Below, piece by piece: positions 1-7,553 of a DNA stretch of 13,471 bases. Source of the DNA: Promethearchaeota archaeon (GTDB lineage Archaea; Asgardarchaeota; Lokiarchaeia; Sigyniarchaeales; SOKP01). Under the pieces are notes generated by a model, which was given only the letters and a program-made list of their open reading frames with translations, made no database searches and had not been told where the DNA came from. Made by a program: the position numbers and the translations under genes. The DNA lies in NCBI GenBank assembly GCA_048938895.1, contig JBHLLU010000083.1, positions 1 through 13,471 on the forward strand, in the 5' to 3' direction. Positions within the stretch are counted from its first letter, which is position 1, and every line of letters begins with the position of its first letter.

Positions 1-251
1 TAGCTTTTATTTCTACTATTGGAGCATATACATTCTATTTAGAAGGTGTTAAACGTCTAAATGCAAGCAGAGCGGCAATTTTTCAAACATTAGTACCTCT
101 ATTCGGAGTAGTATTTTCTGCTCTATTTTTACATGAAAAATTCGATCTTATCATATATCCTTTTGCTCTGTTATTGGTAATAATAGGAATAACTCTTGTG
201 AATCTTAAATCTTTTAGAAATGAAATAATAGAAGAACAAAAAAGTACGTGA
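1..251 (+). CDS. EamA/DMT (drug/metabolite transporter) family permease, 3' part only (runs off the window start)
   Basis: Not in the ORF track. Frame 3 is open from base 3 to TGA at 249-251: AFISTIGAYTFYLEGVKRLNASRAAIFQTLVPLFGVVFSALFLHEKFDLIIYPFALLLVIIGITLVNLKSF... The pattern 'G.K.L.AS.A.IF..L.P.F.VV.S.LFL.E' plus a final hydrophobic helix is typical of an EamA C-terminal repeat. Confidence 0.88.
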   Translation, partial: AFISTIGAYTFYLEGVKRLNASRAAIFQTLVPLFGVVFSALFLHEKFDLIIYPFALLLVIIGITLVNLKSFRNEIIEEQKST

Positions 252-335
252 TTTTTATAAGGTTATTGAATTTATATTATATTATTATTGAGATTGGTTT
301 AATGATTTTTTCATCATTCTGCGGAGTATTTTATT

Positions 336-605
336 ATGGCTAATCCTTCAAAATCAACCTTGAAAAATCAAATAAATTCGGAATATAGGAAGACCTTAAA
401 AGATTTAGAGGTTAAATTAGCCAAAAAACATAAAGAATTGAATGAAATCGAACGATTATTGAAACATGATACAAAAAGAGTAGATCATTCAGGTATCGCT
501 GATTTAAAGTCAGAAAAAGGTAGATTGAATTCAGCTATTATGCATTTAAAAAGAGAAATTAAAAAAGCTAATAAAGAAAGGATCAAAAGACTTAAAAAAT
601 TGTAA
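336..605 (+). CDS. Small basic coiled-coil hypothetical protein (89 aa)
   Basis: ATG preceded by GGAG (323-326). K/E/L-rich heptad-like sequence suggesting a two-helix hairpin. Fills the gap between the DMT gene and the convergent ABC genes. No family recognised. Confidence 0.75.
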   Translation: MANPSKSTLKNQINSEYRKTLKDLEVKLAKKHKELNEIERLLKHDTKRVDHSGIADLKSEKGRLNSAIMHLKREIKKANKERIKRLKKL

Positions 606-695
606 AGAAACTTAATAAAAGATTTTCTTTGTTTAGATAATTAGCTTCTAAATATTATTTAAAAATTGTAATACTGTAAGGTTGCTTCTTTTAAT

Positions 696-2522
696 TTAAA
701 TATTATTTTTAAACGGATCCTTAAATTGCATTTTATAAAAATACTTGTATAACCCATTCTTTTTTATTAATTCTTGATGAGAACCTTCTTCCACAATTTT
801 ACCTTTATCTAATACAATAACACGATCTGAATTAATAATTGTAGATAACCTATGGGCAATAGAAATACTTGTACGTCCTTTCAATAATGTTTGTAGTGCT
901 TCTTGTATTAGAATTTCGTTATAAGGATCTATCGAACTCGTTGCCTCGTCTAAGATTAATATTGGTGGATTTTTAAGAATGGCTCTTGCGAAACAGATTA
1001 ACTGGCGTTGTCCTTCAGAAAAATTTCTCCCTTTTTCCTCAACGATAGTCTCATATCCTTCTTCTAAGTCCATTATCATATCATGAGCTCTTATCATTTT
1101 AGCTGCTTCAATAATATCTTCATCATTAGCATCCAATTTACCATATCTTATATTTTCCATAACTGTGCCAGAAAATAGAAAATTTTCTTGTAATACTATG
1201 CCAATATTGGTTCTTAAACTCTTAACTTTGACATCCTTTAAATTTAATTCATCGATTTTAATAACTCCTTCATTGGGATCATAAAATCGACTCAATAATT
1301 TTATAATTGTACTTTTTCCAGCACCTGTATAGCCAACTATTGCTAATCGCTCTTTTTCCTTAATGGTCATACTAAAATTTGTTAATATTGGTTTATTCAA
1401 CTCGTATTCAAACTTTACATTTTGAAATTCTATAATACCTTTAATATTAGTCAGTTCTATTGCATGTGGCTCATCTTGAATGGAAATAGATTCATTCAGT
1501 ACTTGAATTATTCTTTCACTAGCACTAATTGAATTTTGGATGAGTGAAAAGAAATTAGAGAGTGACAAAATCGGTTCATAAAACATAAAAACATAAAAAG
1601 TGAAGGCGACTAGGGTTCCTTGAGTAATCATTCCTTCTCTAATTAATATTCCTGCCATTAATATTAATATAGTCAGTCCAGTCGTAATTAAAAACATAAC
1701 AATACCAGGAATAAATGCCGTTAGTCTAGCTGATTTTAGAGTTGTTATTCTTACTAAGTCTGTAGCATTATTGAATTCTTTAAAGTTCTCTTCCTCAACT
1801 GCAAATGCTTTTATGACCCGCATTCCACGAATTGACTCATCAAGTTCACTTGTCACCTTAGCAACGCTTTTCCGCAACTCTTTAAAATATTTTCTTGCTT
1901 TTTTAGTTACTCCCCAACTAATAACACCAATTAAAGGGATAACCATAAAAGATACCAGGGTAAGTTGGGGACTGAGAAAAATCATAAAACCTAAGGCTCC
2001 TAAGATTAAAAAGAAATTTCCGATGATCTTAAGAAGTCCAGATTGTAAAAGTTCCTGAATTGTATCTACATCATTAGTCAGGTATGAAATTTTTTCTCCT
2101 GTGGTTCTTTCAGGATTTTCATGATAATCTAAACCTAATTTTTGGAACTTATTGAATAACTCATACCTTAAATTATACATTGTTAATGTAGCTAATTTCT
2201 GTATAATATATCCTTGAGCTATTCTAATCAACACACTTATTATTGTTAATATAAAAAATAAAACTCCTAGGAACCTGATTAAATCGATATTACCAGAAGT
2301 AGATCCAATTCCACCGCCTAACCCATCATCAACTAAAGCTTTAAAAACTAAAGGTATAAACCAACTTATTATAACATTAGTAATTATAAGAAAACCTAAA
2401 GATAGTATATAATTTCTATTTGTTTCCCCGACGTATTTGAATAATTGCCTAATTATATGCAATGTCTTCATCTTATTTCGTTGTTTGTCATTCTGGTTAT
2501 CGATAATTCTTTGTTTCTCCAT
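696..2522 (-). CDS. ABC exporter, fused TMD-NBD half transporter (type IV, TM288/TmrA-like subunit with catalytic Walker B Glu and His switch)
   Basis: N-terminal hydrophobic TMD; Walker A GYTGAGKST, Q-loop VLQE, degenerate signature FSEGQRQ, Walker B ILILDEATSS, H-switch AHRLS. Start moved from TTG 2543 to ATG 2522, 4 nt after the upstream gene's stop, with GAGGAG upstream on the minus strand. Confidence 0.93.
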   Translation of the reverse strand: MEKQRIIDNQNDKQRNKMKTLHIIRQLFKYVGETNRNYILSLGFLIITNVIISWFIPLVFKALVDDGLGGGIGSTSGNIDLIRFLGVLFFILTIISVLIRIAQGYIIQKLATLTMYNLRYELFNKFQKLGLDYHENPERTTGEKISYLTNDVDTIQELLQSGLLKIIGNFFLILGALGFMIFLSPQLTLVSFMVIPLIGVISWGVTKKARKYFKELRKSVAKVTSELDESIRGMRVIKAFAVEEENFKEFNNATDLVRITTLKSARLTAFIPGIVMFLITTGLTILILMAGILIREGMITQGTLVAFTFYVFMFYEPILSLSNFFSLIQNSISASERIIQVLNESISIQDEPHAIELTNIKGIIEFQNVKFEYELNKPILTNFSMTIKEKERLAIVGYTGAGKSTIIKLLSRFYDPNEGVIKIDELNLKDVKVKSLRTNIGIVLQENFLFSGTVMENIRYGKLDANDEDIIEAAKMIRAHDMIMDLEEGYETIVEEKGRNFSEGQRQLICFARAILKNPPILILDEATSSIDPYNEILIQEALQTLLKGRTSISIAHRLSTIINSDRVIVLDKGKIVEEGSHQELIKKNGLYKYFYKMQFKDPFKNNI

Positions 2523-2526
2523 TAGA

Positions 2527-4335
2527 TCAATTTCTCTCCTCAATCTTTAAGGTGGAATATAATTTTTTATATGTTCCATTTTGTTCACTCATTAACTCTT
2601 CATGAGTACCAATTTGTACTATTTTTCCTTTATCTAGAATAATTATCCTATCTGCATTCCTCACAGCTGATATTCTTTGGGTTATTAAAAAGGTAGTTGA
2701 ATCTTTAAAAACATCTTTAAAATGTTTTTGAATACTATATTCCGTATCAACATCAACTGAAGAGGTAGCATCATCAAGGATTAAAATTCTTGGTTTGATA
2801 GCAAGAGCTCGAGCAATTGTTATCCTCTGAATTTGTCCTCCACTTAATGTTTTTCCTCTTTCTGCGACTTTTGTATCGTATTGCTCTTGTAATTCTGATT
2901 CTATAAACTTATCAATATCCGAAACTTGTGCAACTCTTTTAATATCCTCCATAGGAAGGTCTCTTTTTCCAAAGGCAATATTTTCTTTAATAGTTCTTGA
3001 AAACAATAAATTATCTTGAGAAATGTAGCCAATTTGCTTTCTCAATGATTTAAAAGTAACATTCGTGATATTTATTCCATCTATTAAAATCTCTCCATTT
3101 GTGGCATCATAAAATCTAGGTATAAGTTTAACTAATGTTGACTTTCCAGATCCAGTGGAACCTAAAATAGCAATTGTCTCACCTGGTTTGATATAGAGAT
3201 TAATATTTTCTAATACAAAAGATTCTTTTTCTGGATTAAATGAGAACGATACATTTTTGAATTGAATTTCGCCTTTTATTAGGGGCATTTTAATTGCATT
3301 TGCCTTTTCTTGCACAGTAATTTTGGAATTAAGAATATATACCACCCTTTCACATATTTCACTGATTTTTGGTAAATTACTTATAAATTGAGTGATGGTG
3401 TATAATGGTTCTAGTGAAAAATTCATAACAAGAATAAAAGTGAATAAATCACCAAAACCAACTTTTCCATCAGATACAAGAAAACCACCTACTAATATTA
3501 CTATTAAAAATGCAGTATTATCAATTAAGTAAATAAGTGGATCAAATAGAGCCTGAAGTTTTATAATTCTCATAGATTTCTTAAAATAGAGATCATTAAC
3601 TTTAGTAAATTCTTTTATCTCGTGGTCTTCTCTGCTATAAGACTTAACGACCGTAATACCCTGAATATTTTCGTGAATCCTATGGGTTAAATTAGCATAA
3701 GTCTCTCGTGAACTATGAAATAAAGGACGTAATTTTTTTCTAAAAATTAGAAGCATGTAAAATAGGGCTGGGCTTATAAATGATATATATATGGCTAATT
3801 CTACATTAATAACAAAGAGAATAATGAAACTTAATGAAAATGTGAATGCCTGTCTAATAAAAACTTGAAAATCAGTACTTAAAAAGCGTTTTAACAGATT
3901 CACATCGCTAGTTACTCTTGATAATAACTCTCCTGATTTAGTTTCATCAAACCACTTAAAATCCATCAATTGTAAAGTCAAATACAATTCATTCCTTAAA
4001 TTATAGATTACATTTGCACCCATCCAGCGATTAACATATGTTCGAATTCCAAATAAAATTCCGACTATACCTTGGATTGAAAACATTAAAATGAAAATCG
4101 GGATGGTCTCATGTATAGATTTTGAAGAATCAACCAAAATGTCTAAAAGTGGTCCTAAAAATAATGGTATTGTAAAGAACATGAATGATTGCATAAAACC
4201 TGAAATTAACACGATCACAAAAAACGTTTTGTATTCCCAGAGATACGTTAGAATCTGTCTTAAATTTGATTTAAAACCATGGGTATGAAATTTATTTCGT
4301 CGCTCTATGAATTTTATTCTAAGTTTATCAACCAT
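2527..4335 (-). CDS. ABC exporter, fused TMD-NBD half transporter (type IV, TM287/TmrB-like subunit with degenerate Walker B and switch)
   Basis: Hydrophobic TMD; Walker A GSTGSGKST, consensus signature LSGGQIQR, Walker B ILILDDATSS (Asp for catalytic Glu), switch TQRIS (Gln for His). Tightly coupled to the downstream half transporter. Confidence 0.93.
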   Translation of the reverse strand: MVDKLRIKFIERRNKFHTHGFKSNLRQILTYLWEYKTFFVIVLISGFMQSFMFFTIPLFLGPLLDILVDSSKSIHETIPIFILMFSIQGIVGILFGIRTYVNRWMGANVIYNLRNELYLTLQLMDFKWFDETKSGELLSRVTSDVNLLKRFLSTDFQVFIRQAFTFSLSFIILFVINVELAIYISFISPALFYMLLIFRKKLRPLFHSSRETYANLTHRIHENIQGITVVKSYSREDHEIKEFTKVNDLYFKKSMRIIKLQALFDPLIYLIDNTAFLIVILVGGFLVSDGKVGFGDLFTFILVMNFSLEPLYTITQFISNLPKISEICERVVYILNSKITVQEKANAIKMPLIKGEIQFKNVSFSFNPEKESFVLENINLYIKPGETIAILGSTGSGKSTLVKLIPRFYDATNGEILIDGINITNVTFKSLRKQIGYISQDNLLFSRTIKENIAFGKRDLPMEDIKRVAQVSDIDKFIESELQEQYDTKVAERGKTLSGGQIQRITIARALAIKPRILILDDATSSVDVDTEYSIQKHFKDVFKDSTTFLITQRISAVRNADRIIILDKGKIVQIGTHEELMSEQNGTYKKLYSTLKIEERN

Positions 4336-4348
4336 GTTAAATTCGCAA

Positions 4349-4371
4349 ATTTAGTTATTATTTAGTTATTA
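4349..4371. repeat. Perfect tandem 11-bp direct repeat (ATTTAGTTATT x2 +A) in the divergent promoter region; candidate operator
   Basis: atttagttatt at 4349-4359 and 4360-4370, 14 nt upstream of the ABC operon start; flanked by inverted CAAATT (4346-4351) / AATTTG (4375-4380). Confidence 0.55.
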
Positions 4372-4385
4372 TATAATTTGGATTT

Positions 4386-4399
4386 GATATATAAAAATT
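4386..4399. promoter_or_regulatory. Candidate archaeal TATA box, possibly serving both divergent units
   Basis: GATATATAAAAATT reads TATATAAA on + and TTTATATA on -, located between divergent starts at 4335 (-) and 4429 (+). The AT-rich background limits certainty. Confidence 0.4.
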
Positions 4400-4428
4400 A
4401 ATTAAAGTGAGGAAAATTTAATATAATT

Positions 4429-4554
4429 ATGACAGAAGAAACTGAAGAAATGGGGACTTGTGGGAAATGTGGGGTGGAAATTAACCTAGCTGAAGCATGG
4501 CGAGTTGATGAGATATATTATTGTCAAAATTGTTTTGAGAAATTAGATCTCTAA
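4429..4554 (+). CDS. Zinc-finger microprotein, 41 aa, CxxC-x17-CxxC (treble-clef / single LIM-finger-like)
   Basis: Not in the ORF track. ATG 4429 to TAA 4552-4554: MTEETEEMGTCGKCGVEINLAEAWRVDEIYYCQNCFEKLDL. Two CxxC knuckles; locally G-rich coding-like composition in an AT-rich gap; GTGAGG at 4407-4412 upstream. Alternative ATG at 4450. Confidence 0.8.
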   Translation: MTEETEEMGTCGKCGVEINLAEAWRVDEIYYCQNCFEKLDL

Positions 4555-4585
4555 AAAATATATCAATTTCTCTAAAAAATCTATC
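4548..4585 (-). terminator. Duplicated T-tract element, probable terminator for the wHTH-TPR gene
   Basis: 17-mer TCTCTAAAAAAT(A/C)TATC at 4548-4564 and 4569-4585 (21-bp period). On the minus strand this gives two T6 tracts downstream of the stop at 4624, as in archaeal oligo-T terminators. Confidence 0.45.
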
Positions 4586-4623
4586 CTTTTGATATTAATA
4601 TATCATAAGGTATTAGAGAGAAT

Positions 4624-6534
4624 TTAAGTTTTTAATTGTGTAAGTTCTGTAATAAATAAATCTGAAATACTGTCCCATTTCTCCTTAGTTTCGGGGTCAG
4701 AAGTACTTTTCTTGATTAATTCCTTACCTTTTTTGAGATTAGTTAGAGCTAAATCAAATGATTTAATTGCTTTATAACAGATTCCAAGTTTAATATAGGT
4801 TTGAGGGATATACCATTCATCACTACCGATCATGATTGCTCTAAGGAATTTTTTCGCTGCTTCTCTGTATTCTTCAAAATACATTAAAATTTCACCAAAA
4901 GTATCATTATATAGTCCGTTTTCTGGTTCATTGTTAACAAGATTTTGAATAATTTCAAGGGATTCTTGTTTGTTGTCTAAGTACTGCATCCAATAAGCCT
5001 TGTAGCATATAAGATCATTATCCTTTGGAAATTTTTGAATAAGGTTATTAATAATTTCTAATCCTGCTTCAATATCTTGCATTCTCCGAAGAACAGCTGC
5101 TTTTAATATTTTAATATCTTTTTCGCTCTCATGAAACATCTCAAGCATGTTATCTAATAGATTTATTGCTTCACGGTATTGGTTAAAATAAATCAAAATT
5201 CTAACTTTTAAATAGTAAAAATCTAGATTTTCTGGATCTTTTTCAATTTTGTTTTCAATTTCCTTTATTTGTTCTTCGTACTGAGTTCCTAGATCTTCAC
5301 TGGTTTGTGATTGAAAAACTTCTGTTAAGTTTTGCCAAATAACGCCTTCCAATTTATCATCAGTTGCTTTTAATTTCCTTTTGGATTCGATTTTGTAAGC
5401 TAAAAATTTTACATACTCAGGTATTATCTCTTTTAACGACGAGCTTAAGTCTTTATTAAATAAGGATTCACAGCATTTTCCAGTAATATTTTTAATAATA
5501 GATTTCATATCTATTTTAGGCATAGTTGTACTAGATTCTGAGTAAAGTCTGTTCAAGTAAGAAACTTTAGTTATCTCATTCTCAGTAATTGTTCGAAGTA
5601 TTTTTTCAATTGTTCCATCTGATTGAAAAAAATATTGTTCATCTGGTGGCTTTCTTAATTTAAAAAACCTAATTGGATATATCTTAGCTTCTGAAATTTC
5701 CTCAATAAAGAAGTCAAGTGTTATTTTCTTAATTTGATAGGTTTTTGAAAAATTTTCAGAGGAAATATAGTTTGGATAGTTATTCGGATGATTAATTGAA
5801 AGAAAGAGTAGAATTTTATGAAAAATTTCCTCATCTTTTAGTATTGGTTTTACTTTTTCATAATCTAACCTTAATACATTATTAAGGAACCTAAAATGTA
5901 TATTCTCATCCGTAATATTGGATTTTTCGAAAAACTTCATAGTCTTTTTAGTGAGTTCTTCAATGCGTTTACCCTCCTCTTCTAAAATTGTTTGTCTATC
6001 TAAATCATAATTTTGAAGTATCCTCGAATACTCTGATTTCCCTGCTTGCGTAATTATATATTTACCATCTTCTTTTATTATGAATCCCTTTTCACTTAAT
6101 ACCCCCAAATTCTTTGCCAAGGAAGATTGATTGATGGATATTGGATCACTAAGAAAATCAGACCTTTTGCAATAATTATTATTATATATCATCCAAAGAA
6201 TCCAATGCGAATAATTTCTCCCGCTTCTCAGAATTACTTTAGGAGGATAATTGATTTTACGTCCTTTTTTCCCCATAGTCGATAGTTCATTAAATTTCTT
6301 TTTACCCTCTGAAGTAATTCTATAACATCCTCTAGTAAAGTTTTTTACCAAACCTTTACGTTTTAACTTCTCTAGATGTCTTGATAATGTGCCAGTAGGA
6401 ATTTCTTGATGAAAATCAACCCATTTACATATATCATTATTTTTCAACATCCAGAGAATTATATGGTCATAATCAGGCTTATTTATCTTAGAAGGTCTAA
6501 GGATCTTTTCCGGAGGGTAATTTACGATTCCCAT
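4624..6534 (-). CDS. Putative transcriptional regulator: tandem winged-helix domains plus C-terminal TPR repeats (636 aa)
   Basis: Internal repeat aa ~4-84 (NYPPEKILR..YDHIILWMLKNN..TLSRHLEKLKRKGLV..YRITSEGK) and aa ~94-173 (NYPPKVILR..YSHWILWMIYNN..SLAKNLGVLSEKGFI..YIITQAGK), both with MarR/ArsR-like wHTH signatures. C-terminal ~200 aa has TPR periodicity (DPENLDFYYLK, FPKDNDLICYKA, EPENGLYNDTFG, YIKLGICY). Confidence 0.85.
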   Translation of the reverse strand: MGIVNYPPEKILRPSKINKPDYDHIILWMLKNNDICKWVDFHQEIPTGTLSRHLEKLKRKGLVKNFTRGCYRITSEGKKKFNELSTMGKKGRKINYPPKVILRSGRNYSHWILWMIYNNNYCKRSDFLSDPISINQSSLAKNLGVLSEKGFIIKEDGKYIITQAGKSEYSRILQNYDLDRQTILEEEGKRIEELTKKTMKFFEKSNITDENIHFRFLNNVLRLDYEKVKPILKDEEIFHKILLFLSINHPNNYPNYISSENFSKTYQIKKITLDFFIEEISEAKIYPIRFFKLRKPPDEQYFFQSDGTIEKILRTITENEITKVSYLNRLYSESSTTMPKIDMKSIIKNITGKCCESLFNKDLSSSLKEIIPEYVKFLAYKIESKRKLKATDDKLEGVIWQNLTEVFQSQTSEDLGTQYEEQIKEIENKIEKDPENLDFYYLKVRILIYFNQYREAINLLDNMLEMFHESEKDIKILKAAVLRRMQDIEAGLEIINNLIQKFPKDNDLICYKAYWMQYLDNKQESLEIIQNLVNNEPENGLYNDTFGEILMYFEEYREAAKKFLRAIMIGSDEWYIPQTYIKLGICYKAIKSFDLALTNLKKGKELIKKSTSDPETKEKWDSISDLFITELTQLKT

Positions 6535-6603
6535 ATCTTAATAATTCTGAATTATTTTTTTCTAGGTAATAATCAGTTACTTTTCTATTTATATTTTATT
6601 TGT

Positions 6604-6660
6604 AGAACTTCCGCATAATATTGGAACTATTATAAAACTATCGGAACTACAATTATAAAT
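6604..6660. promoter_or_regulatory. Candidate operator array and TATA elements in the divergent regulator/lipoprotein intergenic region
   Basis: GAACT at 6605, 6624 and 6644 (GGAACTA at 6623 and 6643, 20 bp apart); TTCC-N10-GGAA dyad at 6609-6626; TATA-like TTATAAAA (6630-6637) and TTATAAAT (6653-6660). Confidence 0.45.
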
Positions 6661-6754
6661 GCAATATATCTCAAGATTTTATCAATCATCCTAAGGATGA
6701 CTAATTTAAAAGAAAAGATTTGAATTAAAAAAAAAATTAAAGGTGAAAAAAGTA

Positions 6755-7414
6755 GTGAAAGCGAAATTAAAAGAGACTAAAATACTAATAGCATCATTAT
6801 TCCTAATAAGTATCATCGGATTTGTTACAACAGTGAGCGCTTGTAGCTCTAATCGCGTCTTTTTCATGTCAATTGAAGATGACTTAGATATCAATGCCAC
6901 TGATCTTATCATAGGGAGCATTAAATACGGTGAAGGCCCCCCATCAGTGAAAGCAGTTTTTCATCAAAGAATATATGATGAATCTGGTAAAAAAGTGTAT
7001 ACGATGATGGGAATGCTCAAAGGATCACTTGTACAGACTGATTACGTTTTTTATTGCCCAGTCTTTAATTACTGGTTTATTAACGTCTGGTTTGTCATGG
7101 GTGAGGGAAAGTTTAAGACTACTGATACCGTTTTGGACCTAACATACCGAAATTGGTTTTATATTACCATGCCAAATACTGGTGGTAAGTTCGTATCAGC
7201 ACAGATGATAATGTTACTAAGCGCTACAGGTGAATATTATGAACCTGACCCCACAGATCCCCTAAATCCCGCAACTATCCCATGGGACGAAGAACCTAAA
7301 ATTTTGGAACAAAGATGGGTCCTTGCTGCGGTATTATGCGGTATTATGATTGGCCCCGACATGGAATTACCAATTGGTCCTGTATCCTATTTGACAAGAT
7401 CCATAGGACTATAA
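6755..7414 (+). CDS. Secreted hypothetical protein, putative lipoprotein (~219 aa)
   Basis: Basic N-region, hydrophobic ILIASLFLISIIGFV and lipobox-like VSA|C. The track starts at GTG 6743, but AGGTGA (6741-6746) is an SD-like motif 8 nt before the in-frame GTG 6755, so 6755 is preferred. Mature part is aromatic and beta-strand-like; no family recognised. Confidence 0.75.
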   Translation: MKAKLKETKILIASLFLISIIGFVTTVSACSSNRVFFMSIEDDLDINATDLIIGSIKYGEGPPSVKAVFHQRIYDESGKKVYTMMGMLKGSLVQTDYVFYCPVFNYWFINVWFVMGEGKFKTTDTVLDLTYRNWFYITMPNTGGKFVSAQMIMLLSATGEYYEPDPTDPLNPATIPWDEEPKILEQRWVLAAVLCGIMIGPDMELPIGPVSYLTRSIGL

Positions 7415-7440
7415 GTTTAATCAATTGTAATAGATAAATT

Positions 7441-7471
7441 TCTAAAATCTTTTTTTTTATCTTTATTTAGA
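7441..7471 (+). terminator. Oligo-T terminator candidate after the putative lipoprotein gene
   Basis: T9 run at 7450-7458 followed by ATCTTTATTT, about 35 nt after the stop at 7414. Confidence 0.5.
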
Positions 7472-7553
7472 GAAAAAGTCTATCAAACATCAGATTTAAA
7501 ATAACGATTAGCTTAATCTATTTATAAAGTTATAATCCAAATTATACGGATAG

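Noticed and set aside
1771-2058. 95-aa + strand ORF
   Set aside because: Antisense shadow inside an ABC transporter gene; no motifs.
4091-4288. 65-aa + strand ORF
   Set aside because: Antisense shadow inside the ABC transporter gene.
6406-6618. 70-aa + strand ORF
   Set aside because: Overlaps the regulator start antisense and runs into AT-rich promoter DNA; composition reflects the AT bias.
6727-6736. A10 homopolymer upstream of the lipoprotein gene as a phase-variation tract
   Set aside because: Non-coding, and A/T runs are common here; no length-variation evidence is available.
6706-6921. 71-aa - strand ORF
   Set aside because: Antisense to the signal-peptide-bearing gene; Phe-rich tail derives from A tracts.
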